From: Takakia lepidozioides
Taxonomy: Eukaryota; Plantae; Bryophyta
Reading direction: 5' to 3'
Assembly (NCBI GenBank): GCA_030704615.1
Contig: CM060733.1
Location: 24,800,001 to 24,864,000 of the forward strand
DNA: 64,000 nucleotides
Shown: positions 38,976-51,837 of the stretch, one piece after another
Numbering within the stretch: the first letter of the stretch is position 1
Layout of the letters: every line of letters begins with the position of its first letter
Notes under the pieces: generated by a model
What the model saw: the letters and a program-made list of their open reading frames with translations, nothing else
Databases searched by the model: none
What the model was told of the DNA's origin: nothing
Position numbers and translations under genes: made by a program

Positions 38976-41900
38976 ATGTCTGGCGTGCACACAGTGTATG
39001 GAGCACGCGATGTTGTAGAGGAGAGTGCTCTGAGTAATGGGTGTGCGGAAGGTTTGAAAGGGATCAGGCTCGATGTCCGTGAAGATGAGAAGGAGGACGA
39101 AAGCAAGAAAAAACCCAAAAGGAGGGGGAGGAAGAGCGTGAAAGTATCCTGGCATGGTGGAGCGATGCGGGTGCGAAGGACGTGCAGACGTTGGGGGATC
39201 ATTCTCGCCATAGCTGCCTGCTTGCTATTCTTCCTGGAGGTGCGCATTCTGTCTCCAAGTCGCTTGAATTCACCAAGTAAACCTACCACCCTGGTCTCTT
39301 CCCCTTTTTCCGGTGCTCCTTGGAAGTGTTTATCACTATTCTCTTTGGTTTAAACGGGAGATTGACAGACAAAGTCGACTCTGCACACAGATTTCCACGA
39401 GGGTACTTCTTTCCATGCCTAGATTTTTTCATGCGTGGAATGGGTGTAGGATGTACCTGAAGTATGGTATGCAAGTCTCTCTCGCTCTCTCTTTCTCTCT
39501 CTCTCGTATGGAAAGTCGACTGCTTGAAGTGCTGGCAAGAAGAGAATTCTGACGCTGTTTGGTCCTGTGGGCGTCATGGATTGTTCAGAGGACAATGCTG
39601 GGGACAACCATGGTCTCGGCAAGGCGAAAACGGTGCACAGCAACCTCAACAACTTGGACATGCCCACACGTATGGTTGCGGGCGTACACCAACGTAAGTT
39701 AGGCTCGCATTGGATGTGAGCACTGCTCGTGGCCTTTAGGGAGGTGGCTTATTGCAATAGCGAGTGTTAGTCGGAAGTAGATCACACTGGTACTGACAGG
39801 TTGATCCCCGTGGGGACTTGATACATTGATGTATCTGCCATTGCAGAATTCTGTCTGTTCTGTTGCACAACATGTATTTCAGCTGATAGTACATTGGAAA
39901 TGCATCTTGCGCTCTGTAGTCCCATCACAGGATTCTTATCCGGCCATTAGCTGGGCTTCTTCTTAGTGTTTGCTTGCTTTTAAAATTGTGACCTCCATTT
40001 GGTGCATGGTGTTGCATAATCATAGTCTGGTGTCTGTATTCAGCTTGCCTACAGTTGCTGCAAGACCATGAGATACAGTCACTGCAACTACCACCCCCAA
40101 GTGCGTCACCCGTGAAGGAGCTGCACTATTGGTCCGATGAAAGCTCTACTTTTTCTGGAGAGCCAACTATGGCTCAGCGATCAGCCAGCTTCCAGGTCAG
40201 GAGTCACTTTACCACTACCCTCCACCCCACCCTTTTTACACCACAGCACAATGCTCCCTGCTGAACCAAAAAACCTTAAACCCAAAGCACATGGCCCAGG
40301 CACATGCGCTCCCTAACCTCCTGCATCCCTACAAATGTGGGAGGCAGGTGAAGGACATAGAGGGGGGCTTCGTGCACATACTCTGATCGTACTCAGCCTC
40401 CTAGCCTCTTTGGTTAGTAAAACACTGTTTACTTAATTATTTTGATTGCAGATGATGGTGGCTATGGTGCTGTCTAGGTCTGCACAACAACAGGCATTGA
40501 GAGCAAGAGGCAGGCCAGGGTACTTTGCAGGTCCCTATTTACAGGGATGCGCTGAGGGACATAGGACGTACTTAAAAACCTCCTTTCACATACCTCCTAA
40601 CCTCCTCCATTCTGAGGATATTAGGATGCGCATCTTTAGGAAGGAGGTTGGGAGGCGAAGATGCACATGTGCGCCGGTTAACACCTTCCCTTCCCACCTT
40701 GTTCCTCTTCCTCTTTCAACCGCAGAACAGCCCTCCATGCTGAGTGAGTTCCTTGAATCTAGAGCACCAGGTTTACACTGGCTGGCTTCCACTTACACTG
40801 TAAAGCAATATCCAAACATGTCTGTCCAAGCTTCCATACTGGTGTCTGTGTCACCTGGCCACGAATGGCATCTTTGTTGCTTGAATGCTTGAAACGATGT
40901 AGGGTTGCATAGAGAGTGCCTTGTCTGTTAGACAGTCATCAGTTATGTCGAAGTGGGCTGAGGCAGGGTTGGTGGTTGTAGATGGAGGAAAGCATGGAGG
41001 TGCACTGTGGGTGGTGCGGTGGCGGCAGTGGGTTTGACATTGACGCTGTCGACAAGGCTTTTATGGACACATGTAGTGTGGTCATAGTAACATGTGCATT
41101 TGGGGGTGGCGATGATTTGCACCAGCCCATTGGCTACACCAATGCCTCTGTGGCCAAGGTGATTAACGTGGACTGCTTTGCTTCACCTAACCCTAGTTTG
41201 CTATTGCTGTCACTCCTTTTTTCATTAAGCATGAAGATTTCCAGTATGACTCCTTAATCCTTCATCCTTGAGATCTTTCTATTCCAGTGCAACCACTACA
41301 TTCATTTGAGAGGCAACTTCTGGACAGTTTGGCAGATGCTGTTCGAGACACTTTGGGAACAGGAAACCATGTTTCATCTTTTAAGATTGATGATATTGAT
41401 GATGACACTGATGGATTCAAGTAAAAACCAATATGGTCCACAAGTTTGTTGTAAGTTTGTTTGCGTCTCCAGTCATCAGACAGAAACTTCATGCTTCAAG
41501 CTGTTATCACAGACAGTGGACAGAGAGAGGCTACCACTATGTTTTCCAAACTGAATTTTTTCACTTGTTGGTGTTGTTTTTATTGTTCCTGGTGATGCGG
41601 AGCCTTCTATCAAACCAGCTCTCTGTTCCATTGTGAAGACCACATACATTTTGGACATCTGGACAGATTTCTGGATACTGAGAGACAATTTTGAACAAGG
41701 AAACCCTTTTGGACCAGTTTTCAACAAAGCTAACGAAGATTCTCGCTGGTAAAGCAGGTCTGCTATGTTGCATTCTGGGATGAGGTGACACAGGAGACAC
41801 AGGTGAATGCGGGTAATGATCCAGGTCCTGATCGCAGCATAGGGCTGTGGCGTATTGTGCTGGTCCACAATCTGCCCTTCGCTGACCAGCGCCGCAATGG

Positions 41901-43075
41901 AAAAATTCCTAAGGTAAGCATGGTCCTCACCTTCTGTCCTCTGTTCACTTCTGTATCTCTGCGGCTGGGTGTCCTGGTTCTGCTGTTGGAGTCATTGGAA
42001 ATAGTTGCTGTGGAGCCTGAACAAAGCACGCTGCCTAAGAAGACGGTGTATAGTTCTGCATGTGAGTTGCCACAGTAATGGAACTGATGGAAGTACTTGG
42101 CTTGCCCTATTTCTTGAGGAATTGTCATTCTTTATTGTGAGTTAGATTAGTAGTACAGGTGCTTCACTGGTGTACAGCAGGAACAATTCAAGTCAAGCTC
42201 CTGGTAGAACTGATATGTAATGCCATGGCAGATGTTGAGCCACCGACTGTTTCCAAGTGCACAGTACAGCATTTGGGTGGACTCAAAGTCTCAGTTTCGG
42301 AGAGATCCGATTGGTGTTTTGGAGGCACTACTATGGAGACCTGGTGTGGTGTTTGCCATCTCTGAGCATGGTGCACGCAGCTGTGTTTACAAGGAAGGGG
42401 AGATGGTTGTGAAGAAGCATAAGGCCACACCAGAGGAAGTGGCTATTCAACTTGACCAGTATCGCTCTGAAGGCCTGCCCGAGAGTGCCCGCTTTGATGG
42501 TCACAAGGGTAAGTCAGCAGCGCACATCAAAATTTCTGTAGCTGATACTTTGAAAACTTCTCTTTCAGGACTTATATATGATAGATAGGTATACACATGT
42601 GATTGGCATGCAAATTCAGTAGAACAGTCCTTTCTGATGCCTGCCCCTTAAGTAAATTAACTTGAAAGAGTTGATTGGATAGTTGGACATGCATAATCTC
42701 CTTGAGAGAGACTTAAAATTGATATGGATCTTGTTCAGTGTATTGACATCCACTAAGACACTATCAATTGTTCTCCTTGTGTGTTTTGAGTATTGGAGTT
42801 TGGTTTTTCACTGATGGAGTGGGATCTAATGTGCTGCAGCGCTTGCGGAAGCATCAGTGATAGTGAGGGAGCATACAGGATTGACCAACCTCTTCATGTG
42901 TGTGTGGTTCAATGAGGTGATGCGCTTCACTGCACGTGACCAACTAAGCTTTCCCTTTGTGCTCACCCGCTTTCGTCTGTTGCATCCTCACATGTTTCCT
43001 GTGTGTACGCGCAAAGCACTTGTAAATAGTCTGGGTCATGTACGCAAAGCCCAACCTCTACTCCTGGACAGGTAA
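38976..43075 (+). CDS. DUF616 glycosyltransferase-like protein (MUCI70/TOD1 family), ~8 exons
   Basis: Type II TM anchor, then TCAFGGGDDLHQPIG, CYVAFWDE, IGLWRIVLVHNLPFADQRRNGKIPK, HRLFPSAQYSIWVDSK, AISEHGARS and NLFMCVWFNEVMRFTARDQLSF. GT-AG introns; a probable 34-nt micro-exon at 39368-39401 restores the frame. Confidence 0.9.
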
Positions 43076-44074
43076 TTGGCACCAAGTATACATTGCGTTT
43101 CCCATTCTTTAATGCGTTGTAGGTGGAAGTAATTGTATTTATACAGCCATATGGCTTGATGGTCATAGAGCCCACCTTCAGCTTGGACAGACAAGGAATG
43201 AGGCAGGAGGGAAGACCAAACATAGAGACGAAAGCCACTACCATTGGTCAAAGTGTATTCCATGTGGATTTCGTCAGATTGCAATAGGGTCTTTGACTTC
43301 ACCCTTCCAGCAGTTAATGGGATCAACTACGTTCTTGGAAGGCTTGGCTGTAAAATCTTGCTGATGTATGCATCTCGTTCTGAATCTAAATCGAGTCTGT
43401 CTCTTGAGAGTGAATGATTTTTTGCAGAAACTAGTCTGTGATTGAGCACACAATAGTGGATGATGAATCAGTCAGTAGGAAACTTCAAGCTCCTTCAATT
43501 AGAAAAACAGCATTTTGGTCAAAAATAGGTGTAAGCAATTCTGACACTGACATGGCGTCTTGAGCATTTCAAGGAAAACCTTATTCACCTCAGGGCAGTA
43601 AGTCCTGACTTGTAGTGGGCTCAAAATATTTGAAAACAGAGAAAGCTAGAATGATTGTCATTGAGTTCTCTTTCGGAATGTCCAGTGTTAAGATGTTGCT
43701 CTTCAAGTATAGGGGCATAATTCCTCGTGCGTTCCAGTCACCATTGATGCTTCACCTCTTCATATTTTAGTCAAATGGAGAACCTTTCACTAAATTCAGG
43801 AAGGAGAGGGTAGACTCCAGCTGAAGTCAGCATAATGAATTAATAACCGGGCCTCCTGCTTTGTCAGGGTTTGAGTCTATGTATCACATCTAAGTGAGTG
43901 AGTGCAGCCCACTCTCAATGTACAGATGTAGTCTATTTTGGCCTCTTGCAGGCTTCTCCAAGCAATTCAAAATCGGATGCAGGATATATTCCGTATCTCA
44001 ATTTTCATCACAACATTTTCACAACAAAGCAGACATCTGCGCCTACCCGCCAAATTTGACCATGAACTTTCAGT

Positions 44075-44274
44075 AAGAGCTCCTTTCAAAACTTGCAATA
44101 AGACTTAGAACTTCTACTTGCATTAAAACCAAAACATACGCTAAGACTACAAAAGGGTACTTCACCCCAAAGGGCTACTGGATTCCAAGAGCTCCTTTCA
44201 AAACTTTCAATAAGACTTTGAACTTCTAGTTGCATTAAAACCCAAACATGAGCTAAGACTACAAAAAGGGTACT
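44075..44274. repeat. Imperfect direct repeat, ~86 bp x2, period 112 bp
   Basis: aagagctcctttcaaaac...ctaagactacaaaagggtact at 44075 and 44187. Confidence 0.85.
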
Positions 44275-45039
44275 AAGAACCACTTCACCTTCCGGCCCCT
44301 GCCCCCTTTCCACGGGTGGCGAGTGGGCTCTATAAATACCAGTTCCTGAGATTTTTCAGTGGAGACAGAACCAGGTTGCCTCTTGGTCCAGGGAAGGCCA
44401 CACTCCTACCTTATAAATATTAGTGTTGCAATGACCACACTGCCCTTAAATAGACTCCATAAAGGTCTCTCTTACCCCCATGCCATCCAGTGCCATACCC
44501 AGAACTAGCTCACACTAGATGCAAAATCCCAAGGCTGCCAAAAAGTGTACAGTCAGTCATGGTCCAAAACAATTGGTTCCTCTGAAGCAAAAAATCCACT
44601 GAACTTGAAGTTTGTATACAAGAACCCTCGAGTAGTGCTTAATTCGTCCGTCATGGCCAACACTTGTGCCCCACAAAGCTTACGGATGATCCCCAATAAG
44701 GTTGGGTATCTTTCTATCACTCTGCTATCAACACCTATCCAATTTGCAACACCATTTTCTGGGCTGCTTTAGTGGGAAAGGAGAAAAGGTGATGTCAGTA
44801 CCACATTGAAGCTCCAACCATTTCCTTTCTTGTCTGTCTGTCATCCTAGCAGTAACATGGGCCCGCCTCAGATTATCTGGTAGACTTGCAACTATGGTCC
44901 ACCATCCGTGCTAAAGGCTCTCTCAAACTAACAAACTTCAAATAAAACACCTCTTGTCCACATCAGTTGGCATTCCCACATCAGGTTCTTTCAGTCTGCA
45001 TGACCTCTGGCAATGGCTTGGGTAGTATGTGGGAAGGTA

Positions 45040-45470
45040 CATTTCTACCACTCGGATAATGTAACCGTTGGTGAAACACCTCTGCAATTTGGTCTGCGAA
45101 GTCAGGTCCCATCGGCTGATGAGGGAGGGATCTTCAGCACAGCAGACATAGATTGAGGTCACTGCACTTTCAACCACTACCAGTGTTGAGCCAACCTGCA
45201 GCATAGAGCAAGTAGATTTTGAGAAATTTCACACCAGAGGAAGAAAGATAAATTCATTAGACCATGCTCAGAGCTTTACAAAAGAAGGAAAAAAAGTTGT
45301 GTCCACAGGACGCCCAAAGCAAAACTGACAGACAAAGACCAACACAAAAATCAGGGGACAGTCAAGGCATCCAACCAGTATCATGCCCATGAGCATGGAG
45401 GTGGCGCCCACGACAGCCACACAGTCTCTATGCACAAACCATACCCAATGCCCACACAGGTTCCTGCACT
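45040..45470 (-). pseudogene. Plasma-membrane choline transporter-like (CTL/PNS1 family) 3' fragment, two frameshifted exons
   Basis: GTCVGI/(shift)VWFVHRDCVAVVGATSMLMGMIL, an intron, then VGSTLVVVESAVTSIYVCCAEDPSLISRWD/(shift)DFADQIAEVFHQRL. This matches the C-terminus of plant CTL-like proteins; the 5' part is absent. Confidence 0.7.
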
Positions 45471-45485
45471 CAGCAAGGATGTATT

Positions 45486-48400
45486 TTAGTTGTCAGATGG
45501 CTGTGTGAAGGGCCTCACATCCAAGGACCCCACTGACATTGGGTTTTCCACTGCTTGAGCATCCATAGGTGGCCCTAAATTGTGTGAACTAAAAGGACCC
45601 CCTCTTGATGAGCTTGAAGTAGTTGCTGTGGTGACATGTAGTGAAAGGCTGTGATTTTTACATAATTCTTCCGACAAAGAGCGGTGGGCTTCAGCATCTG
45701 GGATTTCTCGACATAGGCTTAGTTTGCTCTTTGTATTCAGATCACCTGCTTCTGGTAGTGGGTCTCTGGAAGAGCACAAACGCATGACTGGTGTCTTCTC
45801 TAAAGGCAGTGGGAGCTCATCGTCTCTAGGTGAGTCTTTAGAAGTGCCACCTACAGCTAATAGCAATGATTTTTCCAGTGAGACATTGGTATTCGGCTGC
45901 AGCTTGTGGGAGTTTTCTTTATCCCGAGTCTGCTTGCCTGGCTTGCTCAAGTTCAGAGTTGGTGACAGGCTCTCCATATTTGTTGCTGACTCATTCTCAG
46001 TCTTGTTGTCAGGCAGGAGCTTCTTGCTAGAATCTGAAGTCCTGTTAATCCCGAGATGGGACCTGGTGTGCATTGCAAATTCAGCTCGAACTTCATTACA
46101 AGTGGCGTGGGATCTCAGCTCACTGCTTGAAGATAAGTCCACTGAAGCCCTGTTCATGATTAAGAAAAAATCACTTCATGAGATGCTTAACTTGACCAAG
46201 TAAATGTGCATCCTCTCAAGGGTTGCTTTGGAGTGTGTAGCAAAAGTTCTACAACAAGAGTGCATACTAATCTGGCTTTAGATAAAATCTATGGAAAGCA
46301 AGCTGATACTCACTTCCTCTTCCGCTTTCTTCTGGCTGACCCTGTTGCAGCTTTGAGAAAGCAGTGTTCACCAGATAACTGACCTTCCACAGGCTCAGGA
46401 TGGGGTTCACTGCCCCCTCCCTTCTTCTCACAATCTTTTTCACCATCTCCTGCCTTCTTTTCACCAGCATCTGCAGACTTTCACCACACAGTGTTGGTGG
46501 AATGCATGGGACAGACAATACAACGTACCTTCCCAGCCTCTTGTTCAACAATACTCACCCCAGGAAGATGCCAATAACATTCATACTTGAGAAAGTTGAG
46601 GAAGGTAGAATCACACTGACAGAACAATGTGCATGCATCTGGTTCAATAACCTTTGGAGATAACCAAATGTTTGAACAACTTCTCCCTGATTCTGGTGAG
46701 GCAGATTATCATATGGAGAGTAAAACAGGTTGCAGATATGCTGAAGCGATGGCTGTAAAATATAAAACAGAAAAGAGAGCGATGAGACCACTTTGCTTTC
46801 CAGTCCTAGGATTCCTCCTTCCTAGACTTTTCAAGTTTCGAAAGAGTGGTGGAAGTCACCTGTGAGGGCTGCTGGTAGCCATCTGTTACTTGGATCCTCA
46901 AGTTTATAATGGTTGTCCAAACTCTTTCTTTCTGGCAGACTTACCAACAGGCCATGTTCCTCATTCTGATTGCCCCCACTCACCCTCAACTGGCTGCTAC
47001 CAGCTCCAGCCATAACATCCTCCATTCGTGGTGCGACATAAGAGCTCTCTTGAGATTCACCTGTGCCGGTGTTACTCAGTTGCCCTTCACCTGCCTTGCA
47101 ACAACTCACACTAGATTTTGGAACAGTTGTATCCATGTGCCCACAAGGTTTATCTGCCATATCTCTGGAAATCAGAGTGCAAATACTACACTGAGCTTCA
47201 ATCACCTTCCCAGTAGTCAGCCGCCCTGTACTGCTTCTGGTAAGATCTGTGAGGCCCACACTTCTACATTTGGAGTTATCCAGTTCAACAAATTGATTGC
47301 CCGTTGCTTGATTATGTGATGCTCTTTCTTGCTCGGTTTCTAACTCCCTACCAAACAATCTTCCTTTCAATCCCACTGTCAAAAGATTTGGAGGCAACAC
47401 CCCTTGTCCATCATAAACAATGTCTCTCACTGAACACTGCCCAGGCAGCCTCTCCTCTGAAGCTGACGAAGAGTTGTTCAGGAGGAACATATGGTCCACT
47501 GAAGAAGGAGATCCAGTTGTAGAGGATGGTGTCCTTCCAGGCGACATTGATCCTCCTCTGTAAGCTTCCAACGGCACACCTACTTCCCTTCTTCCAATAT
47601 CCCCATGGGCAAACTCTGAATTTCCTGAATTTATGAGGCTCAGTGGATACCCTCTACCACATACGTAACCTGCAAACCCAGTATCTGTTTCACACATTGC
47701 AGACAACTGTTCCTTGTCTGTCAGATGATGTGCTTCAATATCTCCAGACTTGGCTTCTGTTAACTCGTCTAAGCCCGCACATGGAGGAATGTCTTTTCTC
47801 TCAAGTATTCTTGACCCAGTTTCATCAAAATGGGTTTCATCACCAGATGTGCTAGCTTTGGGATCGGATTGTGTTGTGTGCTCCTTGTTGGATAAATTTA
47901 TGCCAGTCACAAGCTTTTGACCTTCACAACCCCAACTGGTCCTTTTCTCTGCCTGGCTTGCTTCACCTTTCTTCAACTTTTCCACGAATTCGTCCATTGG
48001 GCTGTGGCAGAAGGAAGAAAGTATAATGGGTCATTTTGAATCTGCACTTGAGCCGCATTGAGTGCATTTACATCTTTATCTAGTAAAAAATTCTGATAAG
48101 TAGATATTGCCCCCAACATCAAAGTTGTGGTGAAAAAGACAGCAGCCTTACCTAAAGCAACGCATGCCAGATCCACTCAGAAGACTGCTGATGCGCCGCA
48201 CAAGCTCTTGCTCCATTGCTACCCTGACCCGCTTGCCAAGTTTTGGAAGCACTTTGAGACAACCTTAACGTAGAGTTTTGGTAAAAATTATGCATTACTA
48301 TGTAAATAAGCAAACCTTTGTACATCAATGGTGGGCAAGCCCTTGAACACTGAATCTGCAGCACTGTAGGCAACTGCTTCACCGGGTCCTGGAACAGGGG

Positions 48401-48560
48401 ATCGCCCTATCTTCGTCCCGGTGCCCCCACATCTCTTTAAAGCCACCAGGAAGGAATCATACATGCAATTAACTTCCAGAGGAGTTCTGGTAGCAGTTGG
48501 TTTGTTAACAATCGGTTCTCGCCACTGGGTCCCAAAAATAGAAGAACAGGAGGTTCCCAA
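45486..48560 (-). pseudogene. Unidentified large-exon gene or remnant (Ser/Glu-rich, likely disordered)
   Basis: Long minus-strand ORFs 46831..47997 (388 aa) and 45486..46157 (223 aa), with shorter interrupted frames upstream. No domain recognised. Confidence 0.35.
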
Positions 48561-48818
48561 CCAGCTGCATCATGCAGATAAGGAGGATAGCATGATCTTA
48601 CAGGAAAAGTTTGTCAGCTGCTAGCCGGTACACACCTTCCATTTTGAGTTCCTGGAGAAGCAGACCACCAGTATTCCATTAATTCCTACGACCTTCTGCC
48701 AAATTTGAAACTAGTAGAGAAGAGTGAGAGTGAAGCAACTTGTGTGTTCTACATTAAGCACCTCCCTCCCTCCCTCTCTCTCTCGTTATAAAATACCTTC
48801 TCTCTCTCTCTCTCTCTC

Positions 48819-49059
48819 AAAAGCCCAGGCCCTCCTGAGGCCTAGTTTTTGGGCAAATCACACACAGAAGATTGATGCTTGTGTGAAGGGATTTCTAGAG
48901 GATATCTGGAAAACCCGGATTAATTCTTTATATGGAGGTAAGTCTTACTACCAACGTCAGCCCCTGACAGAGGTAGGTTCTGTCCCTTTTGTTCCCGCTC
49001 AAACTGGGCGCGGGGTCAATGGCCACAAGGCTACGGCAAACAACGTCTTATGAGTACAA
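48819..49059 (+). mobile_element. ~240-bp 3' end of the (TC)n-targeting LINE
   Basis: Near-identical to 22227-22467 (about 3 mismatches by eye). Flanked on both sides by (TC)n. Confidence 0.93.
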
Positions 49060-51837
49060 TCTCTCTCACAACTGAGACAAGGAAATAGGAAAAGTAAGAC
49101 CTCAGCAAGGGTACCATTGACATCAATAAAGTGAAGCAGCATCTTTCCTCTGGCCTGTAACACAAATGAAAACATGACATCAGCAGAAATTATTGAGACA
49201 TTACAACCTTGTACCAAGTAATGCATCTGTTCCTGCAAATGAGACTTGCAAGCTTGGCTAGCTTTGCTGCCAGCTTGAGATTATGAAGCCCATCTGATGT
49301 CGAAAGAAAATCCCCAAGGAAAATTTAATGGCACTTCCACAAAGAGCCACAAACACTCTCAAAATAAGATCAGACATTTTCCCCAAAAGCCTCTCACTGG
49401 TGCCCAATATAGTTAATCAGAAGAGTCTTGTTACTAACAATCAATCAAACCTCCTATTCAAGTGTGCACCTGCATGATTTGGAGCTCAGTTTCCATCTTC
49501 CTAATTAACACTCCCCGTGCTTGATTCATCCGAGACATCTCAAGGCCTGCACACATAACCATGATGATCATCAAGGTGTCCTTGTTGCAGGAGAGCTCAA
49601 AGACAGTTCGTGTGGAGCAGTGATGGCTTGCCATACTCCGAAGACCAATCATTGAGTAAACAAGTCATAACATCATCAAATCAAAGGGCAGGTGGAAGTG
49701 GAAGAAGCAAACAGGAAGGGGTACCGATTGAAGGAATAGCAGGGACAAGTGAAAGTTCTTGGGCAAGCCATAGTGCATCCCAGGCTTCTTGCAAGGCCTG
49801 CAGCATACACAATCTTTTGATTATCATGCCCTCATAAAAACCATTTATCTGGTTGCAGTGAAGGGCTAGATCGAGATGCAAGGTCAACTAGCGGCCTTCG
49901 AGAAGATGTCAAATAGAACAGTTCATTAACTCGAGCTGTCATCCAGTAGTGGCGTAGGAAGCATCATTTGTTGGTCTAGCTCCCTATGTATCCTTTGTCA
50001 ACAACCCATGTTCCCTCTCTCCCCTGCCCACTTGCACTTTCTCTGCGCATAAGCAATGTTTCTCTAAGAATCCACATGCTATTCCTGCACTTACTACAAT
50101 CCCCTGACCTTCTGTCATCTAAGCCCTATCTGAATACATTATCAATTGGTGCATCCGTCTGCTAAAGACTGAAACAGACTATGGCAATGACAAAAGTGCT
50201 CCTCTATAAAGATGCAAGACCTGCTAACTTGTCTATCGAAACAAGACATTCCCATAAGGCTGATGTCTAGCATAAGACAGTGAAATCGAAAGGAGGACCT
50301 GAGAAGTTGATGCTATAGTCTCATAACTATTCAAGAGAAAGTCAAATGTGCCTGCTGACGCTGCCAATTCCATCATAACTTCAGCCTCACGACGATTTCG
50401 GACACTGCAAGGTTCCAAAGAGTCAAATCATGGGCTAGAAGGGCCTAAAAGTCTTGATTCCTGTCCTCGTTAGGAGACTTGCGATTACTCACACATACAG
50501 GAGGAGAGAGAGCACAACACATTAAGGGAGGAGAGAGATAACTTGAAAACCCCTCTCTGAAGACCAGGGCCTGCAAGAGTTCTGATATCCAGGACTCTAA
50601 CAACCTTCAGATGGTCAGAGGAGCTTCACACTTGGAGAATGGCATGGAAGGAAAGAAAGTGAAATATGCAAACTTCTTGTTTATATGGCATGCATGCACA
50701 TGCAGTCAATAATACCCTCTGGCAGGTCGATTTTACAGAGGTGACGAGACAGATGGGGGGGCAAGAGGGATCAATAGAACTGTTCATAAAAGCATCCTAA
50801 GAGTAGATTGATCTTAATGACAGTACGTCATTTGAGTGTCACTAGACCTGTGTAAAGGTACAATTATGAGTGCATATTTTGATTAAAAATGTACCCTGGA
50901 AAATCCTGCACATACAAACAATCTTTAGTGGACAAATAGTAGAGCAGGATAGCAAACATCATGCTTCAGCCGTGGTCTCAAAACAGACTGAAAACTCCGC
51001 ATGCTCTCAGACAAATTCACCTCCGTGCAACAGAGAACTTGACAATATGCCCTTAACCTTGCCAACCACTATCCAGGGTACTTTTGGCAAAATTTTCGGA
51101 ATCGCAGATTGACTCCAACACTGAAAGTTTTAGGACCGTGAAACTCACAAAAACTCCTGCCGCAGAATTTCAGAGGAAAGTAAAGCCAACCATGATGCAA
51201 AAGAATAGCGTACCGTAAGACCAGTACATCCACAGGTACACTGAGCACTCTTGCTATTGAAGACTGCAGGTATGTCTCTTGATCCAAGTTGTATCCTTCT
51301 GATTGCTCCCGTAAGAGTACATCTCCAGCCGATTCCTGGAGGTGCACGTGCAATCACCCAGCGCATCTAGGGGTTTCAGGTAAGAGATATCTTATAAATG
51401 TAACATCTCTTTCTACGATAATATGTGGATTGCACAGCATCACAACGACAGTCATTCTTCCTCTGTGGCGTTGAAAGCGATTAACTTGCACTGCGGCAAA
51501 CCCTTACAATCAAACGCCGGGAACAAGAACAGACCATCAAACGTGATCGGAAGGCAGATCCGGGACGCAGACATGAATGTCGTGGAGGAAGGCAGATCCC
51601 TGAAAATTCCCCAAAACATCACGCACCACATTTGTACCACATTCCCGCCATACCTAGCTTGTCAACTACACCATCTTCAACGGAAACTAAAATGCAGGCG
51701 TTTAATCCGTCGGTACTTTCGCCGGATTCAGGCAGCGCCCCTGTCAAATCCTCCCCACCCCTTTTGGATAGGAGACAAGGCGAAGTGGCTCTTAGTCTCG
51801 TCAGAGTTTCTCTTTTAGATTCCTTTGTGCATTGACG

